Shown here piece after piece: positions 18,167-27,905 of a stretch of 64,000 nucleotides of DNA; position 1 is the first letter of the stretch, and each line of letters begins with the position of its first letter. The notes beneath the pieces were generated by a model. The model did no database searches. It saw nothing but the letters and a program-made list of their open reading frames with translations, and was not told the DNA's origin. The translations under genes were made by a program, and so were the position numbers. The stretch comes from Candidatus Lachnoclostridium avicola. Its GTDB lineage: Bacteria > Bacillota > Clostridia > Lachnospirales > Lachnospiraceae. The stretch is taken from the NCBI GenBank assembly GCA_019114465.1, contig DXFM01000016.1, positions 82 to 64,081 of the forward strand. Direction: 5' to 3'.

Positions 18167-19606
18167 TTACAAACTTTTTTTCAGTTTCTCCAGAAGAAGG
18201 CTTCTCACGCTGGCCGCGTCCGCCTTTCCCTTCATCTCCCGCATTACCTGCCCCATGAGGAAGGAAAATACCTTCTCCTTTCCGCTTCTGTACTCTTCCA
18301 CGGACTGCTCGCACTGGGCCAGAACCTTGTCCACAGCCTCCTCCAGAGCTTTCTCATCCCGGACAACGGCAAGACCGTGCTCCTCCATATACTGATCCGG
18401 GTCCACATCCTCCCGGAACATGGCGGCAAAAATCTTTTTCGCAGAGTGCGGCGTCACCCGTCCCTCCTCCTCCGCCCGGATCAGAGATGCCAGATGGGCA
18501 GGGGAAAATCTCAGGTTCTGAGCCTCCAGGCCTTCCTCCTTCATGAGCCTCATGGTCTCCCCCATGAGCCAGGCAGCGGTCTTCCGGCCGTTTCCGGAAA
18601 GTTTTGCCGTCTCCTCATACAGTTCCGCCATGTAGACGGAGGAGGTGAGAACAGAGGCATCGTACTCCGTCAGCCCGTAAACCTCCTGCATCTGTCTCTG
18701 CCGTTCCTTCCGGAGTATGGGCTGGCGGGAGCGGATCTTATGCAGCAGCTCCTCGCTCACCACAATGGGAGGAAGATCCGGATCGGGAAAATAGCGGTAA
18801 TCTTTCGCGTCCTCCTTGGACCGCATGGGGCGGGAGGATTCCTTGTTCTCGTCCCAGCGTCTCGTCTCCTGGACCACGGCCTTTCCCTCTTCCAGCAGCT
18901 CGATCTGCCGTTCCCGCTCCCCTTCCACCGCGTGGGCGATGGCCTTAAAGGAGTTTAAGTTCTTCATCTCCGTCCGGATGCCGAAGGTATCTGAGCCAAC
19001 TTCCCGCACAGACAGGTTCACATCCGCCCGCATGGATCCCTCCTGGAGTTTGCAGTCGGATACCTTCAGATACTGAAGGGTGTCCCGCAGAGTCTCCAGA
19101 TAGGCGATCACCTCGTCGGCGCTCCTCATGTCCGGCTCGGACACAATCTCAATCAGAGGCACGCCGCTCCGGTTGAAGTCCACCAATGAGCAGTCCCCCC
19201 ACTCGTCGTGGATCAGCTTTCCCGCGTCCTCCTCCATGTGGATCTCGTGGATGCGGATGGCTTTCTTTCCCGCCGCCGTCTCAATCTCCACCTTTCCGTC
19301 GTGGCAGATGGGCAGATACAGCTGGGAAATCTGATAGTTCTGCGGGTTGTCCGGGTAAAAATAATTCTTCCGGTCAAACCGGCTGTACCGGTTCACCTCA
19401 CAGTTTAGGGCCATCCCCGCCGCCAGGGCAAATTCCAGAACCTTCTTATTTAATACGGGAAGAGCCCCGGGAAAGCCGGCGCACACCGGACAAGTCTGGG
19501 TGTTGGGCGCCGCCCCGAACCGGGTGGAGCAGCCGCAGAAGATTTTGGTCCTGGTGGCCAGCTCCACATGGACCTCCAGGCCGATTACCGTCTCATACTG
19601 TTTCAT
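18167..19606 (-). CDS. gatB: Asp-tRNA(Asn)/Glu-tRNA(Gln) amidotransferase subunit B
   Basis: VIGLEVHVEL, FDRKNYFYPD, YRYFPDPDL. Confidence 0.98.
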   Translation of the reverse strand: MKQYETVIGLEVHVELATRTKIFCGCSTRFGAAPNTQTCPVCAGFPGALPVLNKKVLEFALAAGMALNCEVNRYSRFDRKNYFYPDNPQNYQISQLYLPICHDGKVEIETAAGKKAIRIHEIHMEEDAGKLIHDEWGDCSLVDFNRSGVPLIEIVSEPDMRSADEVIAYLETLRDTLQYLKVSDCKLQEGSMRADVNLSVREVGSDTFGIRTEMKNLNSFKAIAHAVEGERERQIELLEEGKAVVQETRRWDENKESSRPMRSKEDAKDYRYFPDPDLPPIVVSEELLHKIRSRQPILRKERQRQMQEVYGLTEYDASVLTSSVYMAELYEETAKLSGNGRKTAAWLMGETMRLMKEEGLEAQNLRFSPAHLASLIRAEEEGRVTPHSAKKIFAAMFREDVDPDQYMEEHGLAVVRDEKALEEAVDKVLAQCEQSVEEYRSGKEKVFSFLMGQVMREMKGKADAASVRSLLLEKLKKSL

Positions 19607-21102
19607 GAACGCTCTCCTCCTTCTCTCTTCCATACTTCCTTCCAGGTTCCCCGCAGAGCCTCGCAGGCAAAGGCAGCCCGAAATACCTGATCCTCCCGGA
19701 ACCGGTTTCCCATGATCTGGATTCCCACCGGCAGTCCCTTTTCGTCCAGACACCAGGGCATGGTAAGTCCCGGAATTCCCGCCAGGTTGGCGGCCACCGT
19801 GTCAATATCTCCCAGGTACATCTTTAACGGATCGGAAAGGCTCTCGCCCAGCCGGGGAGCCGTGGTGGGCGCGGCAGGGGCCAGCAGTACATCGTACTTT
19901 TCAAACGCCTGGTCAAAAGCTCCCCGCACCAGAGCGCGCACCTTCAACGCCTTCAGATAATAGGCGTCATAGTAGCCGGAGCTGAGCACAAAGGTTCCCA
20001 GAAGAATTCTCCGGCGGACCTCCGGCCCGAAGCCTTCCGTCCGGCTCTTTTTATACATCTCATGGAGGCCGTCCTCCGGGCCTTTCTCCGCCCGGTACCC
20101 GTATTTCACTCCGTCAAACCGCTCCAGGTTGGAGCTGGCCTCGGCGGAAGCGATCACATAGTAGGCGGGAATCACATAGTCCTCCAGGCCCAGGGAGAAG
20201 GTCTCCACCAGGGCGCCGGCCTTCTTTAAGGCTTCTCCCGCCTGTAAAATTCCGTCCCGCACCGCGGGATCCGTTCCCTCTCCGATGTAGGCTTCCGGAA
20301 TTCCCACCCGCAGGCCTTCCGCTCCCCCTGCCATGTTGTCCCGATTCTCCGGGACCTCAATCTTCAGGGGCGTTCCCGCCGCGCTGGTGGCATCCTTCGG
20401 ATCGTGAACCGCAAGAATTTTGAGAAGGGCGGCACAGTCTGCCGCGTCCCTGCCGATGGGGCCGATCTGATCCAGGGAAGACCCATAGGCGATAAGCCCG
20501 TACCGGGAAACGGCGCCGTAGGTGGGTTTGATACCCGTGACGCCGCACCAGGAGGAGGGCTGGCGGATGGAACCGCCGGTGTCAGACCCCAGAGCCGCAG
20601 GGGCCTCTCCCGCCGCCACAGCGGCGCAGGATCCGCCGGAGGAACCTCCCGGAGCCCGGCCTGTATCCCAGGGATTTTTCGTAGGTCCAAAGTACGAGGT
20701 TTCTGTGGTGCTTCCCATGGCGAATTCATCCATGTTGGTCTTTCCCAGAGCCACCGCTCCCGCCTGCTCCAGAAGCTCTGCGGCGGTGGCGGAGTAGGGC
20801 GGCACAAAATTCGCAAGAATTTTGGAGCAGCAGGTGGTGGGGATTCCCCTGGTGCAGATATTATCCTTCACCGCCACCGGAACTCCCGCCAGAGGGCCGG
20901 TATATCTCCCCTCCCGGATACCCTGATCCACTTCTTTCGCCCGCTTCACGGCCGCATCGCCGTCCAGACGGACGAAGGCGTGAATCCGGCCCTCTTCCTT
21001 TTTCGCCCGGTCCAGAAACGAACGGACCGCCTCCTCGCTGGTAAATTCTCCCTGTCTGATCCGCTCCCCGATGGAAACGGCTGTCATCTCCCAGATTTCC
21101 AT
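19603..21102 (-). CDS. gatA: Amidotransferase subunit A
   Basis: Amidase signature GGSSGGS, GSDTGGSIRQP. Confidence 0.98.
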   Translation of the reverse strand: MEIWEMTAVSIGERIRQGEFTSEEAVRSFLDRAKKEEGRIHAFVRLDGDAAVKRAKEVDQGIREGRYTGPLAGVPVAVKDNICTRGIPTTCCSKILANFVPPYSATAAELLEQAGAVALGKTNMDEFAMGSTTETSYFGPTKNPWDTGRAPGGSSGGSCAAVAAGEAPAALGSDTGGSIRQPSSWCGVTGIKPTYGAVSRYGLIAYGSSLDQIGPIGRDAADCAALLKILAVHDPKDATSAAGTPLKIEVPENRDNMAGGAEGLRVGIPEAYIGEGTDPAVRDGILQAGEALKKAGALVETFSLGLEDYVIPAYYVIASAEASSNLERFDGVKYGYRAEKGPEDGLHEMYKKSRTEGFGPEVRRRILLGTFVLSSGYYDAYYLKALKVRALVRGAFDQAFEKYDVLLAPAAPTTAPRLGESLSDPLKMYLGDIDTVAANLAGIPGLTMPWCLDEKGLPVGIQIMGNRFREDQVFRAAFACEALRGTWKEVWKREGGERS

Positions 21103-21112
21103 ATATTTCCTC

Positions 21113-21406
21113 CTATTCCACCGTCTTCGGAACTACGTACTGTCCGTCTTCCTGTCCAGGCGCTCCGGAAAGGAGCTCCTCCCTCATGCTTCCGTTGGTA
21201 ACCTCATCCTCCCGGAACACATTGCCGATCTCGTAGGGATGAACCATGGGCTCCACGCCGGAGGTATCCAGCTCGTTCATCTTTTCCACGTATCCCAGCA
21301 TCTTCTCCATCTCTGCCGCAGCCTGCGCTCTCTCCTGTCCCGACAGCTCCAGCTTTGCCAGAATCAGCACATTTTCCATGGTTGTCTCATCAATTTTTCC
21401 GCTCAT
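21113..21406 (-). CDS. gatC: Amidotransferase subunit C
   Basis: LAKLEL, NVFRED, YVVPK; immediately before gatA. Confidence 0.95.
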   Translation of the reverse strand: MSGKIDETTMENVLILAKLELSGQERAQAAAEMEKMLGYVEKMNELDTSGVEPMVHPYEIGNVFREDEVTNGSMREELLSGAPGQEDGQYVVPKTVE

Positions 21407-21422
21407 TGTCTCTGCCTCCTTC

Positions 21423-22751
21423 TTACGGCGTCAGCCTTCCCATATCTCTCGGGAACAGGCATCCCTCTCTCACGTTGTCCTCTCCCAGCAGCTGAACCGT
21501 CAGACGCTCCAGGCCGATTCCCAGGCCGCCGTGGGGCGGCATGCCGCACCGGAACGCCTCCAGATATCCTTCCATTCCCTCATCTGTCATTCCCCTGGCC
21601 GCCATCTTATCCATGAGCATCTGGTAGTCGTGGATTCTCTGGCCGCCGGTGGTGATCTCCAGCCCTTTGTAGAGCAGGTCAAAGCTCAGAGTGTAACGGC
21701 TGTCCTCCGGATCGTCCATGGCGTAGAAGGGACGCTTTTTCGACGGGTAGTGGGTGATGAACACAAAATCGCTTCCCAGCTTTTCCTTCGCGTAGGTTCC
21801 GATCAGGCTCTCCTCCTCCGGCTCCAGATCAAAAGGCGCTCTCGCCGGCCGGCCGTAGGTCTCCGACACCAGGCGCTTCGCCTCGTCAAACCGCAGGGCC
21901 GGGATGGCAGAGATTTCCGGAACTGTGACGCCCAGAAGCTCCAGCTCCCTGCTGTACTCTCTCTTCAGAAGTTCCATGACGTAACGAAGCATTTCCGTCT
22001 CCATACCCATCACGTCCTCCATGCCCCGGATGTATCCCATCTCAAAGTCCAGGCTGGTGTACTCGTTTAAATGACGTCTGGTGTTGTGCTTCTCCGCCCG
22101 GAACACCGGTCCGGTCTCAAAAACCCGGTCAAACACTCCCACCATCATCTGCTTGTAAAACTGAGGGCTCTGGGCCAGCACCGCCGGCTTGTGGAAATAG
22201 CTGAGCTTGAAAATATTGGCTCCGCCCTCCGCTCCCTTCGCCCCGATCTTCGGAGTGTGGATCTCCGTAAAGCCCTGGCTGTACAGGAAATCGCGGAAGC
22301 CCCGGACAATTCCCTCCTGAATCCGGAATCTGGCCCGCTCCCGCACATTTCTCAGAGAAATGGCCCGGTGATCCAGTCTGGCCTCCAGGGAAGCGCCCAT
22401 CTTCCACTTGTCCACGGGAAGGGGCAGGGGACCGGCGGAGACGGAGAGCATTTCCGCCCCCGTCACGGCGATCTCCACTCCGTGGGGCGCCCGCGCTTCC
22501 CGGCGGAGCACTCCCTCCACCCGGATGGTGCAGCCCTCCCGGATGTCTCCCGCCTCCTCAAAGGTCTTCTTGTCAAATACCGTCTGCAGCAGTCCTTCCG
22601 CCTGGCGGAGCACCACAAAGACGATCTCTCCCATATTTCTCACCCGGTGGACGGCTCCCTCCGTCTTCACCGTCTCTCCCTCCAGTTCCGGCGCGGTCAG
22701 CCGGGAAATGGGAAGGGTATCATACGTTTTCATTCCTGTAATCTGTTCCAT
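21423..22751 (-). CDS. aspS: Non-discriminating (archaeal-type, short) aspartyl-tRNA synthetase
   Basis: LAQSPQFYKQ, FRAE, GMPPHGG.GIGLER; no GAD insertion; co-operonic with gatCAB. Confidence 0.92.
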   Translation of the reverse strand: MEQITGMKTYDTLPISRLTAPELEGETVKTEGAVHRVRNMGEIVFVVLRQAEGLLQTVFDKKTFEEAGDIREGCTIRVEGVLRREARAPHGVEIAVTGAEMLSVSAGPLPLPVDKWKMGASLEARLDHRAISLRNVRERARFRIQEGIVRGFRDFLYSQGFTEIHTPKIGAKGAEGGANIFKLSYFHKPAVLAQSPQFYKQMMVGVFDRVFETGPVFRAEKHNTRRHLNEYTSLDFEMGYIRGMEDVMGMETEMLRYVMELLKREYSRELELLGVTVPEISAIPALRFDEAKRLVSETYGRPARAPFDLEPEEESLIGTYAKEKLGSDFVFITHYPSKKRPFYAMDDPEDSRYTLSFDLLYKGLEITTGGQRIHDYQMLMDKMAARGMTDEGMEGYLEAFRCGMPPHGGLGIGLERLTVQLLGEDNVREGCLFPRDMGRLTP

Positions 22752-22821
22752 CTGTGTTTCCTCCTTTTCTCGTTCCGGGGACCTGAGCCAAAAACTGCCG
22801 CCAGGGAAGTTTTTTAGAAAA

Positions 22822-23195
22822 TAAAAAAGTCCCGGAACATTCACTTTTAATGAATCTTCCGGGACGGGATCAACTTCTTCCCGCGGTGCCACCCGCATTG
22901 CCATTCCTCTGCGGAAAACTTCCGCAAAATCCTGGCCTCTCATGAAGGACGCCGCATGCGCCGGCCCGTATGGCGAGACTATCCCTCTCGCTTTTACAGA
23001 CCACCTTGCCTGCTGCCGGGCCAACACCCGTAACGCCTTCCCGCTTAACGCGCAGTACACGTGCCGCCCTACTTACCGTTCAGACGGCCGGCTCCGGAGT
23101 GTTCCCTTCCCTCTTTCTTCCTGCAGACGCTCTCAGTCGGTGACGTCCGCTTCCTGTCGGCCTCCGGGGGGTGAGTCTCCTTCCATGCCTTTGCT
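22822..23195 (-). ncRNA. T-box riboswitch (Asn specifier AAC) with terminator
   Basis: Stem I with GACTGAGAG apical motif; specifier GAAC at 23101-23104; AATGCGGGTGGCACCGCG T-box; GTCCCGGAA...TTCCGGGAC-T6 terminator. Confidence 0.92.
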
Positions 23196-23222
23196 GTTTT
23201 TTGATTTTCTCTATGGCATTGT

Positions 23223-23251
23223 ATTATAGTGAGTCCGTTTTCAAATGTCAA
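23223..23251 (-). promoter_or_regulatory. Consensus SigA promoter of the T-box/aspS-gatCAB operon
   Basis: TTGACA-17 bp-TATAAT. Confidence 0.9.
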
Positions 23252-23270
23252 GCACATTTTTTCACAGAAA

Positions 23271-24479
23271 TCACATCTTCCGGATCCGCTCCACCGCTTC
23301 CTTTGTGCTCTCGTGGCTTCCGAAGGCCGTAAGCCGGAAGTATCCCTCTCCGGACGGGCCGAAGCCGGATCCAGGGGTTCCGATGACGCCGGCGTGGTCC
23401 AGCAGATAGTCAAAGAACTCCCAGGAAGTCATGCCTGACGGGGTCTTCATCCAGATATAGGGGGAATTGACTCCTCCGCAGGCCTGATAGCCGCAGGAGA
23501 TCAGACCTTCCCGGATCACAGCGGCATTCTCCATATAGTAGGCCACCTGTTCCTTTATCTGTTTTTGTCCGTCGGGCGTGTACACTGCCTCTCCCGCTTT
23601 CTGAACGATGTAGGGAGTCCCGTTGTACTTGGTTCCCTGTCTGCGGAACCACATATCCCTCAGGCTCGCTCCATCTCTCTTCAGCTCCTTCGGCACCACC
23701 GTAAATCCTAAGCGCACACCGGTAAATCCGGCATTTTTGGAGAAGCTGCGGAACTCGATGGCGCAGGTCTTGGCTCCGTCGCACTCGTAGATGGTGTGGG
23801 GAATTCCCTCCTCCGTAATGTAAGCCTCATAGGCAGCGTCATAGAGAAGAATGGACCCGCTTCTGTTGGCGGCGTCCACCCACTTCTGAAGCTCTTCCTT
23901 CCGGATGGCCGCTCCCGTAGGGTTGTTGGGGAAGCATAAGTATACCAGCTCCGGCATCTTTTCCGGAATCTGGGGCACAAATCCATTCTCCAGCGTACAG
24001 GGCATATAGGTGACGCCGGCATACCGTCCGGTGGCCCCATCGTACTCTCCGGTCCGCCCAGCCATGACGTTCGTGTCCAGATATACGGGGTACACCGGAT
24101 CACACACAGCGATGTGTACGTCACCGGAGAACATTTCCTGAGTGTTTCCACAGTCGCATTTCGCTCCGTCGGAGACGAAGATCTCGTCGGCGCTGATGTC
24201 GCAGCCCCGGTCCTGATAATCGTGTTTTGCGATCACGGAGCGGAGAAATTCGTATCCCTGTTCCGGTGCATAGCCGTGAAAGGTCTCCGCCCGGCCCATC
24301 TCATCCACTGCCCGGTGCATGGCCTCCGTCACCGCGGGAGCCAGGGGCAGGGTCACATCTCCAATTCCCAGCTTAATCAGATTCCGGTCAGGATGAGCCT
24401 GCTGAAAAGCTGCCGTCCGTCTGGCTGTTTCCGAAAACAGATAGCTCCCCTGAAGTTTTTCATAATTATGATTGATCAT
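23271..24479 (-). CDS. dapL: LL-diaminopimelate aminotransferase
   Basis: LGIGDVTLPL, FVSDGAKCD, SFSKNAGFTGVR, PGSGFG.SGEGY. Confidence 0.95.
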   Translation of the reverse strand: MINHNYEKLQGSYLFSETARRTAAFQQAHPDRNLIKLGIGDVTLPLAPAVTEAMHRAVDEMGRAETFHGYAPEQGYEFLRSVIAKHDYQDRGCDISADEIFVSDGAKCDCGNTQEMFSGDVHIAVCDPVYPVYLDTNVMAGRTGEYDGATGRYAGVTYMPCTLENGFVPQIPEKMPELVYLCFPNNPTGAAIRKEELQKWVDAANRSGSILLYDAAYEAYITEEGIPHTIYECDGAKTCAIEFRSFSKNAGFTGVRLGFTVVPKELKRDGASLRDMWFRRQGTKYNGTPYIVQKAGEAVYTPDGQKQIKEQVAYYMENAAVIREGLISCGYQACGGVNSPYIWMKTPSGMTSWEFFDYLLDHAGVIGTPGSGFGPSGEGYFRLTAFGSHESTKEAVERIRKM

Positions 24480-24493
24480 GTTTCGTTCCTCCT

Positions 24494-25069
24494 CTATTCG
24501 TTCTCATAAAGCACCAGAACCATTCTGGCTGACTCCGCCATGGTGCGCCCCGTCTCCATGCTCCGTTTCTGAAGATAGCGGTGGGCCGCCTCCTCAGACA
24601 GACGGTTTCTCTCCATGAGCAGCTGCTTGGCTTTCCGGATGGCCTGCTCGTCCTCCGGGCTTCTTGTCTTTCCATGGCGGACATTCTCCTGGGAATGGGA
24701 ACCTCCCGCTCTCATTCCCCTTCTCCGGTCTCCCCGGCTCATCATCATGCGCACCGTGTTGACCAGATCAAATACCCGGATGGGGGAGGAGACGGTCATC
24801 ACATCCGGCGGGCAGTCGGAAAGCATGGCCTCCGACCCAATAACCAGCAGCTCTACTCCCTCCGGGAGGTACTCCCGAAGCTGGGAACAGTGCATATCCT
24901 TTAACCGGACGCTGCTGATCACAATCCCGCCGTCCATCATGGACGCCTCCTGCAAAGCCTGGGCACCGGTCGAACAGCAGACAGCGTCCTGGAAACCGTT
25001 TCTCTCCAGCGCCCGTCCGATCTTTTTTCCATCCTCTTCCTTGGAAAACACTATGACGATGCCCTTCAT
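24494..25069 (-). CDS. ANTAR-domain RNA antiterminator with pseudo-receiver domain (NitR/AmiR/NasT-like)
   Basis: C-terminal IRKAKQLLMERNRLSEEAAHRYLQKRSM; receiver fold lacks the acidic pocket and phospho-Asp. Confidence 0.9.
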   Translation of the reverse strand: MKGIVIVFSKEEDGKKIGRALERNGFQDAVCCSTGAQALQEASMMDGGIVISSVRLKDMHCSQLREYLPEGVELLVIGSEAMLSDCPPDVMTVSSPIRVFDLVNTVRMMMSRGDRRRGMRAGGSHSQENVRHGKTRSPEDEQAIRKAKQLLMERNRLSEEAAHRYLQKRSMETGRTMAESARMVLVLYENE

Positions 25070-25117
25070 CCTCTTCCTCCCATCTCCCGAATTACTCCCA
25101 TATCCGATAACCGCCCA

Positions 25118-26404
25118 TCAGTACCGGTACAGGTACTCTCTCAGCTCCCAGGAAGTGACCTGGCGCTCGTAGTCCATCCACTCCTCCTGCCTGCAGGCGG
25201 CGTACCGTCTGCACAGAGGTTCTCCCAGAGTCTTTTTCACAAATTCATCTTCCCGGAAACAGGAGATGGCCGTTCCCAGGTTTTCCGGGAGGCGGCCCAG
25301 GCTCTCCCCCTCAGGAATCTCCAGCTTTCTGGCGATGCCGTCCAGCCCCGCCTCCAGGCAGAGAGCCAGAAGCAGGTAGGGGTTGGCCGATCCGTCCGCT
25401 CCCCGGAACTCCACGCGTGTACGCGTACCGCGTACAGGAGGAATTCTCAGCAGACAGTTCTCCCTCCGGGAGGACCAGTACAGCTCCGTGGGCGCCTTCG
25501 TGCCGGACACCAGGCGCTTATAGGAATTGACCAGGGGATTGGACACAGCGGTCATCGCCTTCATATGCTCCAGCAGACCGCTGACAAACCACACTGCCTC
25601 CCTGGAAAAACCGCCTTTCTCCTCACCGGCAAACACGTTTTTTCCGTCCCTGCAGAGGGTAAAATGAAGGTGTACTCCCGATCCCTCCGCGTCTCCCAGA
25701 GGCTTTGGCATAAAGGTGGCGTGAAGGCCGTGGCGCTTGGCCACCGAACGGACCGTGGAGCGGAAGGTGACAATCCCGTCCGCCGCCTCCATCAGTCCCA
25801 TCCGCTTCAGATCGATGCCGTGCTGGCCCGGGGAGATCTCGTGGCGGGAGGCTTCCACCTCCACCCCCATCTCCTCCAGAGTCCGCACCATCTCCCGCCT
25901 GGCATTCTCCCCCAGATCCACCGGATGGGCGTCCAGATATCCGGCCCGCTCATGGGTCACCACCGTCGGGCATCCGTCGTCATCGCTGTGGAACAGGAAA
26001 AATTCGCACTCCGGCCGCACGGACAGTTCAAATCCCAGAGCCGCCGCCCGGCGCTCCGCCTGTTTGAGCACCTCCCGGGAATCCTCCTCAAAGGGGGTTC
26101 CGTCCTCCTTGCAGAGGCTGCACAGCAGGCGGGCCACATTGCCCGGCTGACTCTTCCAGGGAAGGATGGAGAATGTGGAAGGATCCGGCTTCAGCATCAG
26201 CTCCACTCCGTCCTCCCCGTCCCGGCCTGCCAGGAAGGTGCCGTCCACAAAAAAGGGCTCTTCCTTCAGCATAGCAAATTTCGCCGGCGTCACTGCGATA
26301 CTCTTTAAAGTTCCCGTAATATCCGTAAACTGAAGGCGGACGGTTTCCACCCCTTCCTCCTCCATCTGCTTCAGCATGGCATTGATGGTCTCACGGTTCA
26401 ACAC
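25118..26404 (-). CDS. Glutamine synthetase type I-like protein with degenerate active site
   Basis: RLQFTD, ATFMPKP, NSYKRL, ANPYL retained; QHEID>QHGID, GYEAP>GTKAP, NRS>REN. Confidence 0.85.
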   Translation of the reverse strand: MLNRETINAMLKQMEEEGVETVRLQFTDITGTLKSIAVTPAKFAMLKEEPFFVDGTFLAGRDGEDGVELMLKPDPSTFSILPWKSQPGNVARLLCSLCKEDGTPFEEDSREVLKQAERRAAALGFELSVRPECEFFLFHSDDDGCPTVVTHERAGYLDAHPVDLGENARREMVRTLEEMGVEVEASRHEISPGQHGIDLKRMGLMEAADGIVTFRSTVRSVAKRHGLHATFMPKPLGDAEGSGVHLHFTLCRDGKNVFAGEEKGGFSREAVWFVSGLLEHMKAMTAVSNPLVNSYKRLVSGTKAPTELYWSSRRENCLLRIPPVRGTRTRVEFRGADGSANPYLLLALCLEAGLDGIARKLEIPEGESLGRLPENLGTAISCFREDEFVKKTLGEPLCRRYAACRQEEWMDYERQVTSWELREYLYRY

Positions 26405-27903
26405 AGATTCCTCCTTCCCAGTTCCAGGTTGGTGTAGCCCATCAGAGATTCATCCACCTCTCTGGCTGCCTCCAGACCTTCTCTCATGGCCCACACCACC
26501 AGGGACTGACCCCGGCGCATGTCACCGGCGGTAAAGACTGCCGGGTTGGCCGTCCTGTGGCTGCCGTCCGCCGGCGCTGTGCGGCCCCTGGAATCCAGAG
26601 AGACGCCGAAAGACTCGGCGCAGTAGCTCTCCGCCCCGGTAAATCCCGCAGCGATGAGCACCAGATCCGCCGGCAGCTCCTTTTCAGAACCGGCTCTGGG
26701 AACCATTTTCGGCCGTCCGCCGGCGTTCTTCTCCGGCTCCAGTTCCACAGTGCGCACCCGGTTCACATTCCCGTTTTTGCCGGCCAGAAACTCTGTGGCC
26801 GTGGTGCAGTATCTTCTCGGGTCAGCGCCGTAGGCCCAGGCCGCCTCCTCCTGGCCATAGTCTGTCTTCTTCACCCTGGGCCACTCCGGCCAGGGATTGT
26901 CTTCTCTTCTTGTCTCCGGCGGCTCCGGCATCATCTCCAGCTGGACCACCGATCTGGCTCCCAGGCGGACCGCCGTGGCCACACAGTCGTTTCCCGTGTC
27001 GCCGCCTCCGATGACTACCACCCGTTTTCCTGCCACCTTCGGATACTTCTTATCCTTTAAGTCGGAATCCAGCAGGCTTTTGGTCACCGCCGTCAGGAAA
27101 TCCACGGCAAAGTAAATGCCGCCCGCCTCTCTGCCGGGAACCGGAATGTCCCTGGCTTTTCCGGCTCCGCAGGCCAGAACCACCCGGTCATATTCCTTTA
27201 GCAGGTTCTCTCCCGTCACATCCCGGCCCACGTCCGTCCCTGTGATGAAGCGGATTCCCTCTGCCTCCAGCAGGCGGATTCTTCTCTCCACCACAGACTT
27301 GTCCAGCTTCATGTTGGGGATGCCGTACATGAGCAGACCGCCGGGACGGTCGCTTTTTTCAAATACTGTCACCTGATGTCCCCTGCGGTTTAAGAGAAAG
27401 GCTGCCGCCAGTCCCGACGGCCCGCTTCCCACCACAGCCACGGTCTTTCCAGTGCGGACTCTGGGCGGCTCCGGCTTTACCCAGCCGGAGGCGAAAGCCC
27501 GCTCTATGATCTGCAGCTCATTTTCCTTGGTGGACACCGGATCTCCGTGGAGCCCGCAGGTACAGGCCGCCTCGCAGAGAGCCGGACATACTCTTCCCGT
27601 AAACTCCGGGAAACAGCTGGTCTTGGTCAGTCTCCGGTAAGCCTGCTCCCAGTTTCCCGTACACACCAGGTCATTAAACTCCGGCACCAGATTTTTTAAG
27701 GGGCAGCCGGACACCATCCCGTTTAATTCCATGGCCGACTGACAGAAGGGAACGCCGCAGGCCATACACCTGGCGCCCTGAATCTCCTGCTCCTTTTTCG
27801 GAAGCAGGCGGTGAAACTCCTTAAAATCCTTCACCCGCTCCTTCGGCGGCCTCACGCTTCCGTTCTCTCTGCCGTACTCTAAAAATCCCGTTGGTTTCCC
27901 CAT
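26398..27903 (-). CDS. gltD: Glutamate synthase small subunit
   Basis: MGKPTGF, RCMACGVPFC, GSGPSG, GGGDTGNDC, RRGQSLVVW. Confidence 0.97.
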   Translation of the reverse strand: MGKPTGFLEYGRENGSVRPPKERVKDFKEFHRLLPKKEQEIQGARCMACGVPFCQSAMELNGMVSGCPLKNLVPEFNDLVCTGNWEQAYRRLTKTSCFPEFTGRVCPALCEAACTCGLHGDPVSTKENELQIIERAFASGWVKPEPPRVRTGKTVAVVGSGPSGLAAAFLLNRRGHQVTVFEKSDRPGGLLMYGIPNMKLDKSVVERRIRLLEAEGIRFITGTDVGRDVTGENLLKEYDRVVLACGAGKARDIPVPGREAGGIYFAVDFLTAVTKSLLDSDLKDKKYPKVAGKRVVVIGGGDTGNDCVATAVRLGARSVVQLEMMPEPPETRREDNPWPEWPRVKKTDYGQEEAAWAYGADPRRYCTTATEFLAGKNGNVNRVRTVELEPEKNAGGRPKMVPRAGSEKELPADLVLIAAGFTGAESYCAESFGVSLDSRGRTAPADGSHRTANPAVFTAGDMRRGQSLVVWAMREGLEAAREVDESLMGYTNLELGRRNLC

Positions 27904-27905
27904 GA

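Noticed and set aside
22752-23060. 103-aa N-terminal extension of AspRS in the ORF track
   Set aside because: Runs through the T-box leader and terminator; the real start is ATG 22751 after AAGGAGG
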